Assembly: GCA_964579635.1 (NCBI GenBank)
Contig: CAZOFV010000001.1
Span: 5,622 to 69,621, forward strand
Direction: 5' to 3'
Length of the DNA stretch: 64,000 nt
Source: an uncultured Candidatus Saccharibacteria bacterium
Lineage (GTDB): Bacteria > Patescibacteriota > Minisyncoccia > Phycocordibacterales > VMEP01
This document shows, one piece after another, positions 57,562-64,000 of this stretch. The stretch's first letter is position 1. Every line of letters begins with the position of its first letter. The notes beneath the pieces were generated by a model. That model saw only the letters and a program-made list of their open reading frames with translations, did not search any database and was not told the DNA's origin. Both the position numbers and the translations under genes were made by a program.

Positions 57562-57753
57562 TTTTTTAAGTAGCTACTTAAACGATTAATAATGCTCGAC
57601 CGAGTTTTATTATGGTCATACACGCGTATGAACCGCCTTAAGACCACGCAAACATTATATATCAGGCCGTTTTTTAGGCAACAACCATATGGGATAGAAA
57701 GTGGAGTACAGAAAAGACAAGTTAATAAAAAGAAAAAAAGGAACATTGATTGA

Positions 57754-57796
57754 TTACAACAAAAAATCAAGGGGACCCCTTGATTTTTTGTTGTAA
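57754..57796. terminator. 21-bp perfect inverted repeat, terminator of rny
   Basis: TTACAACAAAAAATCAAGGGG-A-CCCCTTGATTTTTTGTTGTAA. Confidence 0.75.
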
Positions 57797-57827
57797 AATA
57801 TAGTGTTTTTACGTTTTTAGTGTTCCT

Positions 57828-59357
57828 TTATCTCGCGTATTCGATAACACGTGACTCACGAATGACGTTTATTTTTATCTCACCGGGATATTTTAATTCT
57901 TTTTCAACACGAAGAGCAATTTCTTGCGCCATCTTCTTGGCTTCAAGGTCGCTAACTTTTTCAGGATAAACAAAAATACGAACTTCTCTTCCTGCTTGAA
58001 GTGCATAAGTTTTTTCAACACCTTCAAAAGAATTTGCGATAGCTTCAAGGTCGCCCAATCTCTTTAGATAATTTTCTGCAGTATCACGACGTGCACCAGG
58101 ACGTCCACCAGAAATTGCATCGGCTGTTTGAACAATTATTGACTCTATTGTTTCGTAAGGATACTCATCATGGTGTGATTGCATTGCTTGAATTATGCGA
58201 ACATCAGCTCCGTATTTTTGAAGAATACGTCTGCCGATATCAACATGAGTTCCTTGCACTTCGTGGTCAACAGCTTTACCAATATCATGCAAAAGAGCTC
58301 CTGCTTTAGCGATTGTGACATCGCCACCTAATTCTTCCGCAAGCATTCCAGAGATATGTGCCATCTCCAGAGAGTGTTGAAGGACATTTTGCCCATAACT
58401 CGTACGGAAATATAATCTTCCTAAGATTGCGATTATGCGTGGGTCTATATTGAATAGGCCACATTCGTAAACAGCTTGTTCCCCTTTTTCTTTAATTATT
58501 TTATGAATTTCATTTTTTGCTTTTTCAACCATTTCCTCGATTTTTACTGGTTGAATACGTCCGTCAAGAATTAAATTCTCAAGGGCGACCCGAGCAATTT
58601 GTCTACGAACAGGATCAAACGAAGAAATAATGATATAGCCTGGGGTATCATCAACGATAAGTTCAACTCCAGCTGCACGTTCAAACGCTCTAATATTTCT
58701 TCCTTCTTTACCGATAATTTTTCCTTTAACTTCGTCTGATGGAATAGTGACGTTTGTGGTCATTATTTCAGCAGCAGTTGAAGCGGCAAGGCGTTGTATT
58801 GATGTAGCGAGAATATCTTTTGCTTTACGGTCAAGACGCTCAGCGTTTGCTGTTTCTAGTTTTTGCATTCGAATAAGCATGTCTTCTTCGTATCTTTTTT
58901 CTAGAGTAGCAAAAAGTTCTGCGCGTGCTTCTTCTTCGGTAAGTTTAGTTACGCGCTCAAGCTCATGCTGATGTTTTATTAAGACCTCCTCAGATTCCTC
59001 TTTTATTTTTTTAACTTCTTCAACTTTAGATTTTAGACTCTCTACTTCTTTGTCTATATCAATTTGGCGTTGATCAAGAAGACCTTCTTTTTTAATAAGG
59101 CGTTCTTCCGTTTTTTTAAATTCTGCGTCGTGTTTTTTCTCTTCTTCGCGGAGTTCTTCCATTCTCGTCTCCGCCTTTTTTACTGCCTCATTTACTATTT
59201 TTCCAGCTTCTTCTTTGGCCTGGAGAATCATCTGTTTGATTTGAAGCTCCATGGACCCCTTTTTCCCTAAAAGAACGAGCCAGCGTAAAATATAGCCTAC
59301 TGCTATACCAAGAACACCAGCTATGGCGATTAGCGCCAAAACTATTTTAAGACTCAT
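57828..59357 (-). CDS. rny: Ribonuclease Y
   Basis: N-terminal TM, coiled coil, KH (GKIIGKEGRNIR), HD (LLHDIGK), ADAISGGRPGAR. Confidence 0.97.
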   Translation of the reverse strand: MSLKIVLALIAIAGVLGIAVGYILRWLVLLGKKGSMELQIKQMILQAKEEAGKIVNEAVKKAETRMEELREEEKKHDAEFKKTEERLIKKEGLLDQRQIDIDKEVESLKSKVEEVKKIKEESEEVLIKHQHELERVTKLTEEEARAELFATLEKRYEEDMLIRMQKLETANAERLDRKAKDILATSIQRLAASTAAEIMTTNVTIPSDEVKGKIIGKEGRNIRAFERAAGVELIVDDTPGYIIISSFDPVRRQIARVALENLILDGRIQPVKIEEMVEKAKNEIHKIIKEKGEQAVYECGLFNIDPRIIAILGRLYFRTSYGQNVLQHSLEMAHISGMLAEELGGDVTIAKAGALLHDIGKAVDHEVQGTHVDIGRRILQKYGADVRIIQAMQSHHDEYPYETIESIIVQTADAISGGRPGARRDTAENYLKRLGDLEAIANSFEGVEKTYALQAGREVRIFVYPEKVSDLEAKKMAQEIALRVEKELKYPGEIKINVIRESRVIEYAR

Positions 59358-59520
59358 AAGCGATCAGGAATCGCTCGTAAAAACGTTGCAATTATTAGGT
59401 TTTTTGACTATTGCCTAGTGATTTTTCCAGAGTGTAATTCATACAGAAGCTAAAACTGAACGTTTGTTTCAAGTGATTCATTTTAATTTATTAAGTGAAC
59501 AAATCTATTCTATCATTGTC

Positions 59521-59570
59521 AATAGTAAAAGTAAAAATGGCCATTTCTGGCCATTTTTACTTTTACTATT
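59521..59570. terminator. 23-bp perfect inverted repeat at the clpP stop
   Basis: AATAGTAAAAGTAAAAATGGCCA-TTTC-TGGCCATTTTTACTTTTACTATT. Confidence 0.75.
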
Positions 59571-60159
59571 TTCCGTTACCGATGCGAGTTTTGATAATGT
59601 CATCAATTAACCCATATTTTTTGGCTTCTTCTGCCGACATGTAGTAGTCACGGTCGACATCTTTCTCAATTTGAGAAATAGGTTGCCCTGTATTCTTGGA
59701 AAGAATCTTATTAAGAGAGTCTTTTGTTTTTAAAATATGTTTTGCGGAGATGGCAATGTCTGATGCTTGTCCTTCTGTGCCACCCATTGGTTGATGAATC
59801 ATCACTTCAGCGTTTGGAAGAACAAAACGCTTTCCTTTTGCGCCAGCGGAGAGAAGCACCGCACCCATTGAGGCAGCAATACCGACACAAATGGTCGAAA
59901 CATCAGGTTTGATGAAATTCATGGTGTCTAAAATGGCAAGACCTGCCGTGACATGTCCTCCTGGAGAATTAATATAGAGGGAAATATCTTTTTTAGGATC
60001 TTCGTTTTCGAGAAAGATTAGTTGGGCAATAACGATGTTTGCTGTGTGGTCATCAATTGGTCCGCCTAAAAAAATAATACGATCACGCAAAAGACGCGAA
60101 TAGATGTCGTATGCGCGTTCTCCGTATTGTGACTTTTCAATAACTGTTGGTATTAACAT
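59566..60159 (-). CDS. clpP: ATP-dependent Clp protease proteolytic subunit
   Basis: [44 protein letters not shown]. Confidence 0.97.
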   Translation of the reverse strand: MLIPTVIEKSQYGERAYDIYSRLLRDRIIFLGGPIDDHTANIVIAQLIFLENEDPKKDISLYINSPGGHVTAGLAILDTMNFIKPDVSTICVGIAASMGAVLLSAGAKGKRFVLPNAEVMIHQPMGGTEGQASDIAISAKHILKTKDSLNKILSKNTGQPISQIEKDVDRDYYMSAEEAKKYGLIDDIIKTRIGNGK

Positions 60160-60270
60160 ATAATTAAAGTTTGTTTAGCTTATGGCCTATAAAGTTAGAT
60201 TATAGCAGAACTAAAAAACTGGCAAATTTGTAAATATTTACAAATGAATATATTAATCTATAGTGACAAA

Positions 60271-60966
60271 ATGCGATTACATAGATTTTTTGTGGAACAA
60301 GAAATAGGGGAGAAGAAAACTCTTGAGATAAAAGAAGAGAGAGTTTTGTATCAATGGAGAAATGTTCTACGTTTTTCAGTAGGGGATAAGGTAATTTTGT
60401 TTGACGGAGAGGGTATCGATTTTTTGTGCGAAATTAATATTCTTACAAAAAATGAAGCAAAACTTTCTGTTTTAGAAAAAAAAGAAGGAATTAACCAAGA
60501 GAAAAAAATTACTCTCTTTGTTTCTTTAATCAAGCGGGAAAATTTTGAGCTTGTACTTGAGAAGGCGACAGAACTTGGGGTAGCACATATTGTCCCTGTT
60601 GTTGCCGACAGGAGCGAGAAGAAAACTTTTAATTACGAAAGAAGCACTAAAATTATAGTTGAGGCAAGCGAACAGTCAGGTAGGGCCGATATCCCTGTTC
60701 TTGATGAAGAAATAAGATTAGAAGAAGCTGTAAATAAATACAAAAAAGAACTAAGGCTATTTGTTTTTGATCCAACTGGTTCGGATTCATACAAAACGAT
60801 AAACAAAGATGCTAATACAGGTTTATTTATCGGCCCTGAAGGCGGGTTCACGTCAAAAGAGCTAGATTTTTTTAAGGAAAATAAAATTCCAGTCGTAAAA
60901 TTAGGTGAACAGATTCTTCGAGCAGAAACAGCAAACATTGTCGCTGTTTCTTTGGCTGCGTTTTAG
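60271..60966 (+). CDS. rsmE: 16S rRNA m3U1498 methyltransferase RsmE
   Basis: MRLHRFF, EKATELG, EASEQSGR, FIGPEGGF, LGEQILRAETA. Confidence 0.93.
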   Translation: MRLHRFFVEQEIGEKKTLEIKEERVLYQWRNVLRFSVGDKVILFDGEGIDFLCEINILTKNEAKLSVLEKKEGINQEKKITLFVSLIKRENFELVLEKATELGVAHIVPVVADRSEKKTFNYERSTKIIVEASEQSGRADIPVLDEEIRLEEAVNKYKKELRLFVFDPTGSDSYKTINKDANTGLFIGPEGGFTSKELDFFKENKIPVVKLGEQILRAETANIVAVSLAAF

Positions 60967-61988
60967 TTCTGTGCTTCTAGAAACTCAATAACCTTTTGGT
61001 TAGACATAATTCCCTCAAGGTATACTTCTGCTCGTTCACGATCAGCGCCAATATTGTGCTCAAGTAAGTGTTTCAGCTCTTTTTCAAGTTCTTCTTTGGG
61101 GACTTCTATTTTTTCTGCGCGCGCGATTTCAGCGAGGATGAGTTCCGTTTTTACACGTTTTTCAGCATCTTTAGCCCAGTCTTTTTTGATATCTTCTTCT
61201 GTTTTCTTAACGTTTTTGAGGTATTCATCAAATTTTAAACCAAGTTTTTCGATATCATATTGTAGGCGGGTAAGCATTTTTCTCTGCTCTTCTTCAACAA
61301 GAATTACCGGAATTTCAACTTCTGTTTTTTCGGCAATAGCATCTAGAATTGCAACTCGCATCTTTTCTTTATGAACTTGTTCTTTTTCGAACTTTATGTT
61401 TTCTTTTAGTTTTTCTTTGAAGTCGGCAACATTTTCAAATTTGCCGAGCGTTTTTACGAACTCGTCGTCTAGTTCTGGTAATAATGGTTCCACCGCTTCT
61501 TCTCCTTCTTTTACCTCAATCTTAGGAGCGCGCGCTTTTTGTATTTCTTTTATGGTATCTTCAACTTCTTTTTCCTCTACGACAACAGCCTCGTCTTTTG
61601 AGAGTTCTTTTTTTGCGATTGATTTGTAATCCGCAAGCTTAACTTCTGGAAATACAGCCGTTTTCAGTTTAAAAGAAAGAGGATTTCCTTTTGCAATTTT
61701 TGTTATAGATACTTCAGGGCGTCCAATTGGGTCAATTTTATTTTCCGTGATTATTTTAGGATAAGCATCTCGTATAGCAAATTCAGCCATTTCTTCTAAA
61801 ATAGCCATTTCACCTAGTTTTTGTGTAAGGATTTCTTCTGACGCTTTACCTTTCCTAAACCCGGGTATTTCAACCTGTTCTGCTAAATGCACAACAGCTT
61901 TTTTTCTAAATGATTCAAAAACATCGGCAGTTATTTCTGCTTCAATTTCAATTTCTGAATTTTTAAGTTTATTTATTGTTGCTTTCAT
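60963..61988 (-). CDS. tig: Trigger factor (lacking most of the PPIase domain)
   Basis: IPGFRKGKA signature, LPELDDEFVK, C-terminal domain; about 341 aa. Confidence 0.92.
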   Translation of the reverse strand: MKATINKLKNSEIEIEAEITADVFESFRKKAVVHLAEQVEIPGFRKGKASEEILTQKLGEMAILEEMAEFAIRDAYPKIITENKIDPIGRPEVSITKIAKGNPLSFKLKTAVFPEVKLADYKSIAKKELSKDEAVVVEEKEVEDTIKEIQKARAPKIEVKEGEEAVEPLLPELDDEFVKTLGKFENVADFKEKLKENIKFEKEQVHKEKMRVAILDAIAEKTEVEIPVILVEEEQRKMLTRLQYDIEKLGLKFDEYLKNVKKTEEDIKKDWAKDAEKRVKTELILAEIARAEKIEVPKEELEKELKHLLEHNIGADRERAEVYLEGIMSNQKVIEFLEAQN

Positions 61989-62073
61989 AGCGAGCATCCT
62001 ACCCGAAAACAGTCCATAAAGTCAAAACAAAAACCCGCTTAAGGCGGGTTTTTGTGGAGTGTTTAAGTATTTT

Positions 62074-62385
62074 TTATTGAAGCAATTCGCCTTCAATATT
62101 TTTTATATCAGCAGATGTTTCTGTTGAAGTATCAATCGCCCCCAAATCTGCTTCAATTTGAGCAAGATCGTTATTAGCTGGCACTTCAGTTTTAGCAGTA
62201 TTTTCAGGTATTGTTGGAACAACCCCGCTAGATTGCCAAACATAATATCCGCCAACAGCAAGAACTAACACAATAATAATAATAGCGATTATTCCACCAA
62301 CTCCACCTTTTTCTTCCGCCACTTGAGGTTGTGCTGGTGTTTGGTTTATTTGATTCATCGAGCCCATTTCGTTTATTGGTTCCAT
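62074..62385 (-). CDS. Small single-TM protein
   Basis: GGVGGIIAIIIIVLVLAVGGYYVW TM; acidic tail. Confidence 0.7.
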   Translation of the reverse strand: MEPINEMGSMNQINQTPAQPQVAEEKGGVGGIIAIIIIVLVLAVGGYYVWQSSGVVPTIPENTAKTEVPANNDLAQIEADLGAIDTSTETSADIKNIEGELLQ

Positions 62386-62418
62386 ATTTTTCTATTTTAC
62401 TTTAATAAATTTTATTTT

Positions 62419-63411
62419 TTATTGTGTTGTTGTTGAAGTTGCGGTGGTTGTCGTCGCTGTTTCTGTTGTTTGTTGTCCTTGAGTAGCAACTTTTCTAACT
62501 TCTGGTATTACTTTCCCGCTCAATTCCTTACGAGCTTCTTCTATTGCAGTACTTGCCTCATCAGCTGATTTCTTTATTTGTTCTGTGGCTGATTTAATGT
62601 TTTCTTTGGTAATTGTTCCGGAAAGTGATGTTACTAGAGCTTTTGTTTCTGAAACTTTTTGTGTAGCTGTGTCAATTTTTGTTTGCGCGAGAGAAAGTGC
62701 TGTTTTTGCAGCAGAAGTATCTGCCCCCTTGCTTTCAAAGTTGATTAAAACACGTTCAATGTTTGAAACAGCTTTATTTAAGGATTCTATTCTTGATGTT
62801 AGGTTATTTGATCTTAGTCCAAAATAATTTTTACTAAGGCCTATTTTTTGTTCTTTAATTTTTTCACTAGCTTCTTTTCTTTCTGAAGTTGAAGAAGCAT
62901 TGTTCATTTGTTCGCGAAGATTTTTAACCTGAGAAAAGTCGTCCTTTGCTTGTTCTCTCGCTTTTTCAAACGCTTCCTTTGCTTTTTCTACAGCTTCTTT
63001 TTGTGATTCACGCGCTTCTTCTAAGGCTTTTTTCCTGTTTTCTCGAATTCTTTCCATCTCTTCTTTTAATAGTTGAGAAGATGTTGAGCTTGCCATTATT
63101 GGGCGTAGTGTTTTTCTTGCGTCTTTAGCTTCTTCGCGTTTTCTTTCCTGAAGGTCTTTTAACTCCTCCCTTTTTCTTTCCGCTGCATCTTTTATTGCCT
63201 CTCTTTTTAGTTCAGCCGCGTCTTTTAACTCCTCCCTTCTTAATTCAGCAGCTTTTTTAATTGCCTCTCTTTCTTCTTGGCTTTCTCCGATTGCCGTTGT
63301 TGTAACTGCGGGTGTTGCCGTGACCGCGTTTAAAGAAGTCGTTTCTTCTGCTTTTGCACTAGAAACAAAAATTAAACAAAGCACGATTAACGGAATTATT
63401 TTTCTATTCAT
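62419..63411 (-). CDS. Secreted coiled-coil protein
   Basis: Signal peptide; 11-residue repeats (REELKDAAELK-type); Thr-rich ends. Confidence 0.7.
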   Translation of the reverse strand: MNRKIIPLIVLCLIFVSSAKAEETTSLNAVTATPAVTTTAIGESQEEREAIKKAAELRREELKDAAELKREAIKDAAERKREELKDLQERKREEAKDARKTLRPIMASSTSSQLLKEEMERIRENRKKALEEARESQKEAVEKAKEAFEKAREQAKDDFSQVKNLREQMNNASSTSERKEASEKIKEQKIGLSKNYFGLRSNNLTSRIESLNKAVSNIERVLINFESKGADTSAAKTALSLAQTKIDTATQKVSETKALVTSLSGTITKENIKSATEQIKKSADEASTAIEEARKELSGKVIPEVRKVATQGQQTTETATTTTATSTTTQ

Positions 63412-63545
63412 AAATATTTTTTAACTTGAATACTAATAATATAATAACCAAAACGAAATGTTTGTTTGATTATTATAGCAAAAAAAGAGCGATCTTAACG
63501 ACGCTCTTTTTCTGTGGAAAACTTTAGACCTAAGAATACTTTGAT

Positions 63546-63998
63546 TTATAAGTCTTTATTGTATTTTTCTTGATATAAGATTACAGATCTTTCGAAGTCT
63601 TTCATTGCTGCTTCTTTGTCTTGCCAGTCTCCAACGGTAACTTTTTTATTCTGTAGTTCTTTATAGACGGCGAAGAAATGTTTTATTTCATGAAGAAGAT
63701 GTGGCTCAATATCACTAATAGTGATTGTGTTTTTAAACCTTGGGTCATCTGCCGGAACGGCGAGAAGTTTTGCGTCGTCGTCGCCACCATCGTTCATTGG
63801 AAGAACTCCAATTGGACGTGATTTTACAAGACATCCTGGGATAAACGCTTCGTGGGCTAATACCAGAACATCAAGCGGGTCTCCATCATCCCAGAGAGTG
63901 TTTGGCACAAATCCATAGTTTGCTGGATAGTGCATTGGAGAATAAAGAACACGATCAAATTTAATAAGACCAGTTTCTTTATCTAATTCATACTTAAC
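63546..63998 (-). CDS. ppa: Inorganic pyrophosphatase (family I), 5'-partial
   Basis: Frame open to the window edge: VKYELDKETGLIKFDRVLYSPMHYPANYG...DGDPLDV...DAKLLAVP. Confidence 0.95.
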   Translation of the reverse strand, partial: VKYELDKETGLIKFDRVLYSPMHYPANYGFVPNTLWDDGDPLDVLVLAHEAFIPGCLVKSRPIGVLPMNDGGDDDAKLLAVPADDPRFKNTITISDIEPHLLHEIKHFFAVYKELQNKKVTVGDWQDKEAAMKDFERSVILYQEKYNKDL

Positions 63999-64000
63999 AC

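Noticed and set aside
57754-59570. Long perfect palindromes as MITE ends or cruciform elements
   Set aside because: Each sits at a gene 3' end with A/T tails and is unrelated in sequence to the others; bidirectional terminators suffice.
1-64000. Alternative genetic code (TGA as Gly)
   Set aside because: Core genes are full length under code 11, and rnpA and polA end at TGA.

Overview
AT-rich chromosomal window from a Patescibacteria (CPR; Parcubacteria/Paceibacteria-like) bacterium, inferred from gene content and order; standard code 11. It spans the replication origin (rpmH-rnpA-yidD-yidC-jag divergent from dnaA-[oriC]-dnaN) and carries housekeeping genes (holA, polA, tsaE, ruvB-yebC-ruvC, tyrS, PBP1A, rsmA, pcrA, comM, pnp, rpsO, Xer-type recombinase, xth, cca, hup, rny, clpP, rsmE, tig, ppa), a PilB/GspE ATPase, the CPR-type T4SS-like locus (PrgI, VirB4, VirB6-like, pilin), a parS cluster, five intact tRNA genes and small GC-richer accessory islets. 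Main unexplained signal: every tRNA gene is followed by a copy of one structured 120-180 bp trailer element. Its helices are conserved by compensatory changes, its variable segments are antisense to the 3' end (acceptor strand plus T-arm) of the adjacent tRNA, and it often ends in a second sense copy of that tRNA 3' end. At tRNA-Pro, a complete tRNA sits at the tip of a long hairpin inserted into the anticodon loop of a second, split copy of the same tRNA. All coordinates and pairings were read by eye; no database searches were run.
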